A stretch of DNA of 64,000 bases, from the IMG/VR virus record IMGVR_UViG_3300050821_010764, positions 32,001 through 96,000 of that record; one strand, given 5' to 3'. Below, one piece after another: positions 9,085-19,580 of the stretch. Under the pieces are notes generated by a model. It was not told where the DNA came from and did no database searches. It saw only the letters and a program-made list of their open reading frames with translations. The stretch comes from a virus. The position numbers were made by a program, and so were the translations under genes. Every line of letters begins with the position of its first letter. Within the stretch, counting starts at the first letter, position 1.

Positions 9085-9696
9085 ATGTACAAAATAGCAA
9101 TTTGTGGGAAAGCCAATACTGGTAAGAATACAGTGGGCAAACTGTTATTTAAACAATTGTATGATCTGAAATTTGATTATACTAAAGGTCCATCAGAATC
9201 TTTTTCAGGCATGAAGTATATGGCATTCGCCGATCCTATCAAAGAAATGATTCGTATTGCTTATCCCGAGTTGCCAAGAAAATATCTGTATGGTTCCTCT
9301 AAATTCCGCGCCGAACCGATACCGGGAGCCTTCAAAAACGGTGTTCCTCTAACCGTACGTCAGTGTCTCATTGATATTGGTAATGATTTCGGTCGTGCCA
9401 ATAAGCCAGATATTTGGCTTCGTAATTTTGATAACAGACTTAGCAAGGTTGTCAAAAAAGGTATTAGTTTGGTAGTAGTGACTGATGTTCGTTTTCGTAA
9501 CGAGTTTGACCATCTGAAGACGTTGGGGTTTTATCAAATTCGTTTACTCAGAGATTCTCATCTAAAAATTGATGATATTAGTGAAACTAACCAAGACGGA
9601 ATTCGTGATGATGAATTTAGTTATGTACTACATAATAATAGTACGATAAAAAATCTAGAGTTAGAGGTTTCTCAGATTGTTTCTCAGCTAAAATAA
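9085..9696 (+). CDS. Deoxynucleoside monophosphate kinase
   Basis: GKANTGKNT, FADPIKE, R..LIDIG..FGR, VTDVRFRNE, SE motifs of T4 gp1-like kinases. Confidence 0.85.
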   Translation: MYKIAICGKANTGKNTVGKLLFKQLYDLKFDYTKGPSESFSGMKYMAFADPIKEMIRIAYPELPRKYLYGSSKFRAEPIPGAFKNGVPLTVRQCLIDIGNDFGRANKPDIWLRNFDNRLSKVVKKGISLVVVTDVRFRNEFDHLKTLGFYQIRLLRDSHLKIDDISETNQDGIRDDEFSYVLHNNSTIKNLELEVSQIVSQLK

Positions 9697-9719
9697 GTAT
9701 ATTTTGACATATACTCAAG

Positions 9720-10034
9720 ATGAGCATAGATGGCTTAAAAGAAGAGTATGTTCCGAAGTATTCGGCTAACGGAGAGCAAAAGTTTTATCGTTATCTGTTG
9801 GTGTCGGCTTTGAACAAACTGGTTCTCATCGAGAGGGGATTGTACAAAGGTACTACCCCAGATTTGGAATTTTTAGATTATCATGATCGCTTCATAATCT
9901 TGTATAGAAGGGAAGGGGATGAGATTTACCTCCGGGTAGCCCGTCTTCTTCGAAAAGCGGCTCATAAAATCTATCGCATAATGCTAAAGAAAAAGATGAC
10001 CGTAGCTAATGCAAAATTTCTAAATCTGGTATAA
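9720..10034 (+). CDS. Hypothetical protein
   Basis: ORF follows an ATA-N7-ATA motif. Confidence 0.55.
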   Translation: MSIDGLKEEYVPKYSANGEQKFYRYLLVSALNKLVLIERGLYKGTTPDLEFLDYHDRFIILYRREGDEIYLRVARLLRKAAHKIYRIMLKKKMTVANAKFLNLV

Positions 10035-10035
10035 A

Positions 10036-11031
10036 ATGGTAGTAATCAGCGTAACAGTCACCCAGTCGGATGAGCAAATTGTGGCAGGAATCCCTAGAAC
10101 GGTATCGATTTCTACCAATGTACCGGCTTCTATTTTTTACACTCTAGATGGTAGTATTCCTACTCTCTTTTCCACAATGTACACTGGACCTATCTTTTTG
10201 TCCAAGACCAGTCTCAGCATAACTTTAAACATTCTAGCTACCAACGGGGTCGACTCCTCCCCAATCGTGACCGAAACCTTTATTACAAATATGGTGGAGG
10301 GCACTAACGTCCGTATTGCGCATTCCGGTACCGATGCTCTTCCAGGCTCCAATCTGCCTGACCTGTATCCTTTTGGTACCAATCCGGTCATGCCCAATCA
10401 AGATTTTACCAATCCTGCTGACGCTGGTATTACAGTAGATAATCCAGCGTTACCCGCCACCTCTACTGGATTTGATGGTAAGGGTAATCCAACGGGTTTC
10501 ACTAATCAATCATTCGATCTAACTAACTATAGTATTAAATATTCTACCACAGACCGTGAAGGACAAATAGGTCCGGGTATTGGTAATTTACCAGCCTCTT
10601 TCACGATTGAAAAAGAGTCAGCTCCACCGGAAAGTACTAACATCAATAGTAATATGTTTGACCCAAGAGCTTTTGTCATTTTTCAAGATTCTACTACCGA
10701 GAATCCTGGTGACCCTCCGCACATCAATCGAATGCATTTCTCTCTAGAGAACCCAGAAAAAGCTAGAGACGGCAATCACTTTTTCAATAGTGGTTTAGAT
10801 GCTCCGCCAGTTAGCGGTACTTTTTTGAGATCACATTTTAATCCAAGAACCAATATGATGACTTATTATTATTTGGATAGTTGGACTAATAAATGGATTA
10901 TCTCTACTCAACCATATGTTCAAAATGGAACCTTCGATGGTAACTTATCTGGAGTAGCAATGTCTACGAGAGAACCAGGGTCTAAATACGTATTCGAATG
11001 GTTGCCATTCACTAGAAGAGTTCTATTTTAA
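10036..11031 (+). CDS. Fn3-associated/chitobiase C-terminal-like domain protein, possibly virion-associated
   Basis: IFYTLDGSIPT..S..YTGPI motif; Thr/Pro/Gly-rich beta composition. Confidence 0.6.
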   Translation: MVVISVTVTQSDEQIVAGIPRTVSISTNVPASIFYTLDGSIPTLFSTMYTGPIFLSKTSLSITLNILATNGVDSSPIVTETFITNMVEGTNVRIAHSGTDALPGSNLPDLYPFGTNPVMPNQDFTNPADAGITVDNPALPATSTGFDGKGNPTGFTNQSFDLTNYSIKYSTTDREGQIGPGIGNLPASFTIEKESAPPESTNINSNMFDPRAFVIFQDSTTENPGDPPHINRMHFSLENPEKARDGNHFFNSGLDAPPVSGTFLRSHFNPRTNMMTYYYLDSWTNKWIISTQPYVQNGTFDGNLSGVAMSTREPGSKYVFEWLPFTRRVLF

Positions 11032-11088
11032 TTGAAATTGTTCGGACGCCGATATATAGATTGTACACCTATTATTTGAAAGAATAAA

Positions 11089-11886
11089 ATGTCCGAAGAA
11101 TTACTTGAAGAATTGCGCCTGTCGGTCAGCAAAACCAAAACTTTTGATGGCTGCAAGAAGAAATTTGATTTTTGTTACGTTCAGAAACTGCCTCGCAAGG
11201 ATTGGGATTTCCATATCTTTGGCAAGTTCTGCCATTCGGTCTTAGAAACTTTTCATAAGACTTATTTAGAAGGATGTTTTCTACCTTACAACACCGTTAT
11301 GGGAGATGCTTATAAAGCAGCCCTTCTGGAGTTCAAAGATAAGATGACCCCAGATATGAAAAAAGAGTGTTGGGGATTGATTGACAAGTATTTGCGATTA
11401 GTATCCAAGGATAAAGCCAATAAATTGCCGGCGAACGTAATTGCCGTAGAAAAAAGATTTGAATTTCCAGTCGCCAAAAACATTATCTTAAACGGGGCGA
11501 TTGACAGAATTCAGTTGGATGCCGATAATGTTATACACGTGGCAGACTACAAGACCACAAAAAACAAAAAATATCTGAAGGATGATTGGTTCCAACTATT
11601 AACGTATGCTTATGTTATACATAAGGAAGACCCAAGCATTACGAAAGTAAGGGCGTCATACATTCTGCTCAGACATGATTTTGAGTATATTACTAGAGAG
11701 TTTACTCTAGCAGAGATTTTGAAAGTCAAAGATCAATACATTAAGTATGCTGAACAAATTGTGAATGAAACGGAATATAAACCGAATCCAACCGCACTTT
11801 GCAACTATTGCGATTATCTAAGTCTTTGCCCAGAAGGTAAGACCAAATCTTTCAATTCAAACACTTATGGCGAAGTAAGTTACTAA
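11089..11886 (+). CDS. PD-(D/E)XK RecB/Cas4-like exonuclease
   Basis: LSVSK...C..KF, GKFCHSVLE, VEKRF, GAIDRI, DYKT, QL..YA, CNYCDY...CP. Confidence 0.88.
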   Translation: MSEELLEELRLSVSKTKTFDGCKKKFDFCYVQKLPRKDWDFHIFGKFCHSVLETFHKTYLEGCFLPYNTVMGDAYKAALLEFKDKMTPDMKKECWGLIDKYLRLVSKDKANKLPANVIAVEKRFEFPVAKNIILNGAIDRIQLDADNVIHVADYKTTKNKKYLKDDWFQLLTYAYVIHKEDPSITKVRASYILLRHDFEYITREFTLAEILKVKDQYIKYAEQIVNETEYKPNPTALCNYCDYLSLCPEGKTKSFNSNTYGEVSY

Positions 11887-11895
11887 GAGGACCAC

Positions 11896-13143
11896 ATGCA
11901 AATTGAAGTCAAAGAAATTGAGCCTTGCAAACTAAGCATTCACTATGTAGCGGACGCTGAAGAGATTCTTAACAAACGTGGCGAGGTTATTGCCCACTTC
12001 AAAAAAGCTCCAGTCCCAGGTTTTCGTCCTGGTAAAGCTTCTGTCGATGCCATCAAGGTTCATTACAAAACTCAAATTGAAGAATCTCTCAAAAGAGCCT
12101 TGGCTGAAGATGCTTTTCATAATACCCTTTTCGAAAAGAAACTCCGCCCCCACGGCGCCCCAAGATTCAACTCCCTGCTTCTAGCAGATGGTAAGTTTAC
12201 TTGTGATTTTGATCTACATACTAAGCCAGATTTCGAATTGCAGCCATATCAAGATTTGGAAATCCCTAAGCCACACGCCGATCAAACCACACTGGAACTG
12301 ACGGAAAAAATGCTACAAGAGCTAAGGATTCGTTTTGGTGAAGCCGTACCGTATAACGAAACCGACTTTGTACAAAATGGTGACAATGTCATTGTTGATT
12401 ACGAAGGCTCTGTGGATGGCGAAAAAGTAGATCATTTATGTGCCGTTGGTGAAATGTTGACGGTAGGTGCTAGCAATCTTACGCAATTCGACGATAATTT
12501 GCTTGGAATGATTATGGGAGAAACCCGAGAATTTGATTTAGTGGTACCTGACGCAGGGCTACCCTCTTTGGTAGGTAAAACGGTTCACCTCAAAGTAACT
12601 TTGAATATGGGGTCTAAGACTACGCCATGTCCACTAGATGATACTTTGGCTCTTAAGTTTGGTAAGAAAGACTTTGCAGAATTGAAAGCTTTTGCTTCCG
12701 GCACTGCCGAAGCCGCCATTCAAAACAAGAGCAAACAAAACATCAATGAAGCTGTGGCTGGCAGATTAGTGGAATCAAATAAGTTTGATGTTCCTAATTG
12801 GCTATCATTATCTGAAGCCCAATATTTGGTGCACAATGCCAAATTAGATTGGAATATACTATCAGATCTTGATAAAGAAAAATATATCGAAATGGGAGCT
12901 AAGAATGTAAAGCTTTCTCTTATCTTAGATAAGATTAGAGAGTCTAATCCTGAAGCTCAATTAACTGACCAAGAGGTTTTTGAAGTTTTGAAGCATAATC
13001 TAGCCAAGACTCAAGTTAAGCAACCATTAGACGAAGTTATTCAGCAAATGAATAAAACGGGATATTTACAGATTTTGTTCTCTAGAATTAGAGACGAACA
13101 CACGATGGATTTCATCACAAAAACAGTTAAACTAGTTGAGTAA
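11896..13143 (+). CDS. tig: Trigger factor (ribosome-associated chaperone/PPIase)
   Basis: VPGFRPGKA ribosome-binding signature, FKBP-like GDNVIVDYEGSVDGE...FDDNLLGM..GETREF, C-terminal domain; full length. Confidence 0.92.
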   Translation: MQIEVKEIEPCKLSIHYVADAEEILNKRGEVIAHFKKAPVPGFRPGKASVDAIKVHYKTQIEESLKRALAEDAFHNTLFEKKLRPHGAPRFNSLLLADGKFTCDFDLHTKPDFELQPYQDLEIPKPHADQTTLELTEKMLQELRIRFGEAVPYNETDFVQNGDNVIVDYEGSVDGEKVDHLCAVGEMLTVGASNLTQFDDNLLGMIMGETREFDLVVPDAGLPSLVGKTVHLKVTLNMGSKTTPCPLDDTLALKFGKKDFAELKAFASGTAEAAIQNKSKQNINEAVAGRLVESNKFDVPNWLSLSEAQYLVHNAKLDWNILSDLDKEKYIEMGAKNVKLSLILDKIRESNPEAQLTDQEVFEVLKHNLAKTQVKQPLDEVIQQMNKTGYLQILFSRIRDEHTMDFITKTVKLVE

Positions 13144-13154
13144 GGAGTTTTAAC

Positions 13155-13475
13155 ATGGGCAAGAAAAAAGCAGACGCAGCACCAGGGACGTTTCCAGAGA
13201 AGTGGCACAAAGTAATTGAGAAGCTTCCAGAGTTCAAAGATACGGCTGATGCAGCCAGTGTGGATGAGCTGAAGAAGATTATTGTTACTGCTGAAGGTAA
13301 CATTTATACTATCGAGCAAGAAAAAGAAGCCGATGAGAAACTCAATGCTGCTAAGGCATTGGTGAAGGATTATTCCGAACCTCATCGTGATGCCATCAAA
13401 GCTCAGACAGCTAAGATTAAGTATGCCGTCTTCCTGTTAGAGGGCAAAGGCGTTGAGATAGATAACAAGGACTAA
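13155..13475 (+). CDS. Hypothetical coiled-coil protein
   Basis: AGGAG RBS. Confidence 0.65.
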   Translation: MGKKKADAAPGTFPEKWHKVIEKLPEFKDTADAASVDELKKIIVTAEGNIYTIEQEKEADEKLNAAKALVKDYSEPHRDAIKAQTAKIKYAVFLLEGKGVEIDNKD

Positions 13476-13476
13476 G

Positions 13477-13755
13477 ATGAAGGTGGAACGATTTACGATA
13501 CAAGCGTGTTGTGGATCAACGGTGTTGATCTTTAGAACAGATCAACCCGTCACCAAAAATCATCTAGAAGCACTCAAGAAGCTAGGCTTTAGCGAGTCTG
13601 TGAATTTTACAACAGCCGGAATCCTATATGTGGATAATCCGGACTTTACAATAACGGGTCCTCTCGGGTCCGATAAATTGACTGTAAGATGTAAACACAA
13701 AGAGTGCACCCAAAAACTCAATGATTTGGAGGTGTTACTTCAGCAGCTGGGGTGA
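13477..13755 (+). CDS. Hypothetical protein
   Basis: ORF in the operon with CCG near the N-terminus. Confidence 0.55.
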   Translation: MKVERFTIQACCGSTVLIFRTDQPVTKNHLEALKKLGFSESVNFTTAGILYVDNPDFTITGPLGSDKLTVRCKHKECTQKLNDLEVLLQQLG

Positions 13756-13758
13756 AAC

Positions 13759-14424
13759 ATGGCGAATTACAGCATAAACTCTATTGAGGACCTGAGACGT
13801 AAAGTAACTCAAGTACACGAATACATTGCAACTTCTTATCATGAAGCCGGGCATACCATTTACGGCTTACTTCATTTCATGAAAATTGAATCAGTTTACG
13901 TATTTGAACATAAAAAGTCCAAGAGAATCGAAGGTTTTACTCATTATGAGTCTCCGCCTTTGAAAGAAATTACGGATAATAGTCTGTTAATGGACCGTGT
14001 TTTAGCTGAAGTTTGTTTATCTTACGCTGGTTTGGTAGCTGAAAAACACCAATTCAAGCTCTTTTCTGGTTCCGATAAGTTCCCGTCTTTTCTAAAAGAC
14101 GGATCTTCCAATGACACGATGGAGGCGGCAACGCTAATTAAAAAGTATAACGTGGCGCCACCTGGAAGAAAAAGATACGAATTCAAAAAGAAAATGATTA
14201 AGAAGGTCTCTTTGGAATTGCAGGATAATTGGGACGCGGTTACATTAGTAGCACACGCATTGTTCCAAAAGAAAAAGTTATATTTTGCAGATTTGAAAGA
14301 GCTGCTAACTAAAAAGACCAAGAACAAAAAGTTCTGGAAGGAACAATTTAAGACTCTAGCCACCATTTACGATTTTGACGATGGGCTTTATCGTTTTCCA
14401 ATCAGCATTCTTACCCATCATTAA
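13759..14424 (+). CDS. Stand-alone peptidase M41 (FtsH protease domain)-like protein
   Basis: SYHEAGH, YAGLVAE, GSSND...A; no AAA domain or TM segment. Confidence 0.75.
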   Translation: MANYSINSIEDLRRKVTQVHEYIATSYHEAGHTIYGLLHFMKIESVYVFEHKKSKRIEGFTHYESPPLKEITDNSLLMDRVLAEVCLSYAGLVAEKHQFKLFSGSDKFPSFLKDGSSNDTMEAATLIKKYNVAPPGRKRYEFKKKMIKKVSLELQDNWDAVTLVAHALFQKKKLYFADLKELLTKKTKNKKFWKEQFKTLATIYDFDDGLYRFPISILTHH

Positions 14425-14437
14425 TCACCGTATTCCC

Positions 14438-14505
14438 TGATAAAGCATACGCAGCCTATCCTTAGGCTGAACAGCTCCATACGTGAGTCGATATGCACTT
14501 TGTCA
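14438..14505 (+). promoter_or_regulatory. Candidate three-way-junction RNA in the dnaE leader
   Basis: Outer TGATAAAG/CTTTGTCA and GCATA/TATGC stems enclose CAGCCTA/TAGGCTG and GCTC/GAGT hairpins. Confidence 0.45.
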
Positions 14506-14531
14506 TAATACACAACCAATAGGAAAGTACT

Positions 14532-17500
14532 ATGACCGATTTTGTCTCGCTCCATAATCAAACCGATTTTTCCATTCTTGATTCTCTCATTTCGCCCAAA
14601 ACGCTTTTTTATCGCGCCAAAGAATTAGGGCAGACAGCCATTGCAATCACTGACCACGGCACTTTAGCAGCCGCCTGGGATGCCCTCAAAGCTTCCAGAG
14701 AAACTGGTGTCAAACTGATTATGGGCTGCGAATGTTATTTCGTCGATGATGCCACCAACGTAACCGACAAATTTCGTCATGTTGTTCTGTTGGCAAAAAA
14801 CGCAGTAGGCTATCGTAACCTGCTCACCCTCAACAAAAAGGGTTTCGATCAGGGTTCTTTCTTGGGGAAGCGCGTGTATCCAATTGTGGATTGGAAATTA
14901 TTAGCACAACACGCCGAAGGACTTATTTGTCTAACGGCTTGTGGTAATGGTATCATCAATCAGTTACTGATGAACAAGAAATTTGAGGAAGCAGGGCAGA
15001 CACTACTTCGATTGAAGGTTTTATTTGGTGACAATTTGGGATTGGAAATCCAACCCAACAACATGAAACGTGGTGGGAACATCTACAACGATGAGATCGA
15101 TCAACAGTTTCTCAATCGCCGACTTATTGAGCTGGGCAAAACCCACGGCATCAGGGTAGTACCGGCATGTAATGCTCACTATATTAAGAAAGAAGACTCA
15201 GATACTCATGATGTCTTTCTGGCTATTGGTTCACATCAACCAAAGTATTCTAATTTTAGACTCCGATACAATGTGCCTGATTTTTATCTGAAGACGGGCG
15301 AGGAGGTAGTGAATTTCTTTGCCAGAAATTATGGGGAAGAATTTGCTAAAGAAGCCTGTGCCAACACGACTTACTTTGCCAGCTTGTGTGAGAAACCGGA
15401 TTGGATTGACCCTAAGTTCTCCAATCCATCTGGGAAAGAATTGCCAATCTTCCCAGTCAAAGATGAACCAGATTATGCGGAGTTTTTAGAGTGGGAACTA
15501 AAACAACCTGAAGATGTCCAAAGGTTGGATGAAGATAAAGTCTTTTTGCGATATAAATGTGAGCAGGCTTTTGAATCCAGAATCAAGGGTATCAACGACG
15601 AGAATCGTAAGCAGTATCAAGATCGATTGATAGAAGAGTTGGATGTTATTGAGTTTCACGGATTCTCCAGCTACATGCTCATCGTGGCAGATTTTATTGA
15701 CTGGGCACGCAAACACGATATTGCCGTTGGAGATGGTCGAGGATCTGTCGGTGGTTCGTTGATTGGATTCTTATTAGGAATTCATCAAGCGGATCCCATC
15801 AAGTATAACTTGATTTTTGCTAGATTCCATAACAAGGAAAAGTCTAGCTTTCCAGATATTGATACAGACTTTGCTCCCAGCGGGCGAGCTTTGGTACAGG
15901 AATATCTGCGTAAAAAGTATGGAGAAGACCATGTGGCTCACGTATCTAACGTCAATACCATCACGCCAAAGGTATACGTTCGAGACATCGCCCGTGCCTG
16001 CGAGATAGGCGGCTCCAAAGACGAAGCGATTAGAATCGGTACAGAGGCAGCAGACTGCATCCCAGCAGACATTCATTCTATTGATGATGCCTTGGCTAAG
16101 GTGCCATTGTTTGCTGAGTATTGCAAAAGATATCCTCAATTCATAGAGTACAAAAGCATTTGTGGTAAGTATCGTGCATGGTCGACACACGCAGGTGGTA
16201 TTATCATTTCAGCTCGACCTTTGACTGGATTGATACCACTTAGAAAAGATAAAGATGGTTCTCTTGCCATTGAGTATGATAAAGACAAAGCCGAAGAAAA
16301 CGGATTGGTCAAGATGGATACTTTGGGTCTATCTACTTTGGATATCATTGGTGAGACCTACAAGATCATCAGGGCTCGTGGTAAAGTGCCACCTCCTGAT
16401 CCGTTAGATTACGATGCTCCTGATAAGGAAGCTTACGACCTAATTACCAAGGGAGATACTTTCTGCGTGTTCCAGTTGGGAACCAGCGGAGGCACCATTG
16501 ATTTATGCCGTCGTATCAAACCAGAAAACATCAACGACTTAGCCAACATCAATGCTTTGGCGAGACCATCAGCTCGTGATATGCGCAACGACTTCATCAA
16601 GACCAGAGATGGTGAGAAGAAGATGACGTTACTACATCCTAAACTAGGAAGAGCTTTCAATAGCACTTATGGTTTCGGCTTGTATGAAGAGTGTCTGATG
16701 TATTTGGCACAAGACGTGGCTGGTTGGAGTTTACACTCAGCTGACCGTTTGCGTAAACTGACTAAAGAAAAGGGTAAAAACCCCAAGAAAGCTCAGGCAT
16801 GGAGAACGGAATTCATTGAAGACGCTATCAAGCAAGGTGTTAGCGAGCCCATTGCCAAACGTATCTGGGATGAAGTTGTAGATAAGTTCCAGGGCTATGG
16901 TTTCAATGTATCTCACGCTGTATTGTATTCCATGACGGGATTCAAGACCGCAGCATTAAAGGCTCATTTTCCAGTAGAATTCTTATTGGCTAATTTGATG
17001 GCTGAAGTTAAATCCAACAATCCAGATGCCAGAGGCAATATTGAGAAAATCAAAAAAGAACTAAGGGGTCATAAAGTTAAGATTCTTCCACCAGATATCA
17101 ACACCTCACAGTTGACTTATACCATTAGTGATGGTAACAAACTATTGACGGGACTGGATGCTCTTAAGTTTGTCGGCGAGGATGCTATCAAGGACATTAT
17201 TGAAAAAAGACCATTCAACAGTTTCTTTGATTTCATGGCGAGAGTAGATTCCAAGAAGGTGAGAGCCAATAGCATTCAAGCTTTGGCATCAGCCGGTGCC
17301 ATGGATTCTTTCAAGATTCCTCGCAAGCTCATCTATCTATACTGCTCAGATTATCGTAAGAAATTACAGGTCTGGTTGAAGAAGCATGATCCGAAAATTG
17401 ATCAGTTTGTTTATCCTTGGCCTGCCGAAGCTGATTGGAAACTATCGGAGCTATATGCCATGGAACAGTTCTTCTTGGGAGAATCTTTCACTTGTAAGCC

Positions 17501-18050
17501 ACCGGATGCATATGGCAAGTTCTTTAAAGATAATCATGTGACCATTTATGAAATCAAGAAAGCTAAAGACAAAACCAAACTATCTCCCATCAAGGGAATT
17601 GTTAGGGGTTTCTTTGAATTCAAGGTTAAGAAAGAAACTAGCAAATATTATGGTCAATCTATGATCAAAGCCATTCTGGAAGACAAGAATGGTGATCAAT
17701 GCAGTTGTACTATCTTTCCAGATAGATGGAAGCAGGTACAAGATCGTATCAAAGAGTTACATTCTAAGGCTGTGTTTAACTCAGGAATTGCCTTGTGTTT
17801 TGCCGGCAACACCAATAACTATGAAGATGATATCGGAATCATTTTGGATGATTTGTATAATGTGGCAGATATTCCAGCACTGCCCGCTGATTTAAAAGCC
17901 AAGAAGGTTAATTTGAAAGAAGCTAAGGCGAAATTAGCCAAGGATACTACTGAAAAGCCTAGTGAATCCAAGGATTTATTGGAAGAAATCGAGGACATGC
18001 TTTATGACGAAGGACTTATCGATTTAGATGACGAGTCCGAAGATGACTGA
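14532..18050 (+). CDS. dnaE: DNA polymerase III alpha subunit (family C)
   Basis: PHP domain (SLHNQTDFSILD, TDHG), GRGSVGGSL, FPDIDTDF, HAGG, KMDTLGL, YGFNVSHA, OB fold; no intein seen. Confidence 0.97.
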   Translation: MTDFVSLHNQTDFSILDSLISPKTLFYRAKELGQTAIAITDHGTLAAAWDALKASRETGVKLIMGCECYFVDDATNVTDKFRHVVLLAKNAVGYRNLLTLNKKGFDQGSFLGKRVYPIVDWKLLAQHAEGLICLTACGNGIINQLLMNKKFEEAGQTLLRLKVLFGDNLGLEIQPNNMKRGGNIYNDEIDQQFLNRRLIELGKTHGIRVVPACNAHYIKKEDSDTHDVFLAIGSHQPKYSNFRLRYNVPDFYLKTGEEVVNFFARNYGEEFAKEACANTTYFASLCEKPDWIDPKFSNPSGKELPIFPVKDEPDYAEFLEWELKQPEDVQRLDEDKVFLRYKCEQAFESRIKGINDENRKQYQDRLIEELDVIEFHGFSSYMLIVADFIDWARKHDIAVGDGRGSVGGSLIGFLLGIHQADPIKYNLIFARFHNKEKSSFPDIDTDFAPSGRALVQEYLRKKYGEDHVAHVSNVNTITPKVYVRDIARACEIGGSKDEAIRIGTEAADCIPADIHSIDDALAKVPLFAEYCKRYPQFIEYKSICGKYRAWSTHAGGIIISARPLTGLIPLRKDKDGSLAIEYDKDKAEENGLVKMDTLGLSTLDIIGETYKIIRARGKVPPPDPLDYDAPDKEAYDLITKGDTFCVFQLGTSGGTIDLCRRIKPENINDLANINALARPSARDMRNDFIKTRDGEKKMTLLHPKLGRAFNSTYGFGLYEECLMYLAQDVAGWSLHSADRLRKLTKEKGKNPKKAQAWRTEFIEDAIKQGVSEPIAKRIWDEVVDKFQGYGFNVSHAVLYSMTGFKTAALKAHFPVEFLLANLMAEVKSNNPDARGNIEKIKKELRGHKVKILPPDINTSQLTYTISDGNKLLTGLDALKFVGEDAIKDIIEKRPFNSFFDFMARVDSKKVRANSIQALASAGAMDSFKIPRKLIYLYCSDYRKKLQVWLKKHDPKIDQFVYPWPAEADWKLSELYAMEQFFLGESFTCKPPDAYGKFFKDNHVTIYEIKKAKDKTKLSPIKGIVRGFFEFKVKKETSKYYGQSMIKAILEDKNGDQCSCTIFPDRWKQVQDRIKELHSKAVFNSGIALCFAGNTNNYEDDIGIILDDLYNVADIPALPADLKAKKVNLKEAKAKLAKDTTEKPSESKDLLEEIEDMLYDEGLIDLDDESEDD

Positions 18051-18153
18051 TATATACGATATCAGATAATAATAAAATCGACTGAAAACACCCTTAAAGT
18101 CGAAAAATGATATAAATGATAGTATCTGTATATGCATAACGAGGAATGAAGTC

Positions 18154-19071
18154 ATGAAGCTAAAAGATTGGGCAGATAAACAGGGAATTTCTTACTTGAC
18201 GGCGTGGCGCTGGTTTAAGGCGGGAGACCCTCGTTTGTCACATGCATACCAATCTGATTCGGGCACGATAATTGTGCCTGAGGATAATGATTCCTCGGAG
18301 AAGTCAATGGGTATCACTCAATCTAATGATGTAATGTCTATGGTTCTTAAGAAGACCGTAGAACTCAGCAAAAACAATTCTTCTATTGAAGATTTTGCTG
18401 CTTGGATTCTTTCTACTTTCAATCTCAAATTAAACACTGTGAATGAAGGTCCTAGATACTCCAGAAATAAACCAGCGCCTGAGATGGTTCAAAACCATTT
18501 CAAGCAGTTCCTAAAGCCAAAAGGTGATAAGCCAAAGCCAAATATGTTCGTTGCAGAGCCAGAAGCTTTCGATGATTTGATGGCAAAAGCTGATGACCTG
18601 ACCACTCAGGAATTGGTAGATGAAATTCACAAGATTGGTGCAGAGGGTGGCGTCTCCGTCAACCCAACCGATGCTCCAGAAGTGGGAGAATTAATGAAAG
18701 ATCTTTCTGCTTTTATCGATCCTTCATTGAAAGCTTCCAGCGTGAAGTTCTACAATGAAAACAAATTTACTGAAGGCGGCGTTACAAGAAGCGTTGATTT
18801 AACTCCACAACTCAACTATACCGGCTCGACTAATTCCGCCTTCAGTAATAACTCTTTGTCTGTGGCAAGTACCCTTGCAGACGGCGGAAGCGCCTTCAAT
18901 AGTGTGTATGTCAGTGCTGATGTTTCTGGACCGAATACCTTCGGCGGCACCAGTATAGCCTCTCATTTTCAACCAACTCAAAAAGAAACTGAGTTAGTTG
19001 CTCGTGCCACCGAGCTTGTTGATAAAAGAAGAAGAGGCAGAAAACCATCCAAGATTACAGGAAATAAATAA
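18154..19071 (+). CDS. DNA-binding protein with IS607-TnpA/MerR-like N-terminal HTH and AT-hook-like tail
   Basis: MKLKDWADKQGISYLTAWRWFKAG...SGTIIV; C-terminal RRRGRKP. Confidence 0.6.
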   Translation: MKLKDWADKQGISYLTAWRWFKAGDPRLSHAYQSDSGTIIVPEDNDSSEKSMGITQSNDVMSMVLKKTVELSKNNSSIEDFAAWILSTFNLKLNTVNEGPRYSRNKPAPEMVQNHFKQFLKPKGDKPKPNMFVAEPEAFDDLMAKADDLTTQELVDEIHKIGAEGGVSVNPTDAPEVGELMKDLSAFIDPSLKASSVKFYNENKFTEGGVTRSVDLTPQLNYTGSTNSAFSNNSLSVASTLADGGSAFNSVYVSADVSGPNTFGGTSIASHFQPTQKETELVARATELVDKRRRGRKPSKITGNK

Positions 19072-19580
19072 TGAAGCTCTTTAAAGCTATTGGTGCCTGG
19101 TTCCGTGCCAAGTATATCGGAATCGTAGAATATGTGACTCTTTCTCTATTAGCCATCACTGGTAGATATGTTCGTAAACTCATCATTCTAAAAGGTAAAG
19201 ATCCAGATTATGTGGCGCCTCCAGCACCACCTCCAGCTCCTCCTAAGGTCTATCCAGAATATAATCCATTGGAAGCTCAACAGAAACTGGCGACCTACTA
19301 TACTTCTAAGAAGCCATCCTGGACTACTAGTTCGCAGGATTCCTGGGTAAAACAACCTAGTAAGCATCCAGTTTTGGCAGCTAGAAAACAGTTTGAGGAA
19401 CATCTTATTGCTAAAGCTGCTGTTGTCGCCACAACTTCTGTTGTTTCGGAACCTCAGCCACCTTCATTGACACCAGAAGAGGCTAAGGAAATTCTACAAC
19501 CATTAAATGACCCTGGTTTTGCATCAAAAGAGTGGCTAGAAGTTGTTCAGTCCGCAGCAGGTGAAGGAGAAGTCAAGTGA
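19071..19580 (+). CDS. Hypothetical protein, hydrophobic N-terminal segment then Pro-rich
   Basis: YIGIVEYVTLSLLAITG; coupled by overlapping stop/start codons. Confidence 0.55.
   Translation: MKLFKAIGAWFRAKYIGIVEYVTLSLLAITGRYVRKLIILKGKDPDYVAPPAPPPAPPKVYPEYNPLEAQQKLATYYTSKKPSWTTSSQDSWVKQPSKHPVLAARKQFEEHLIAKAAVVATTSVVSEPQPPSLTPEEAKEILQPLNDPGFASKEWLEVVQSAAGEGEVK

Noticed and set aside
14438-14505. Hammerhead ribozyme
   Set aside because: Three-way topology, but the core reads CTGAACA and GATA instead of CUGANGA and GAAA
18154-19071. Intact IS607 element
   Set aside because: No serine recombinase catalytic domain and no tnpB
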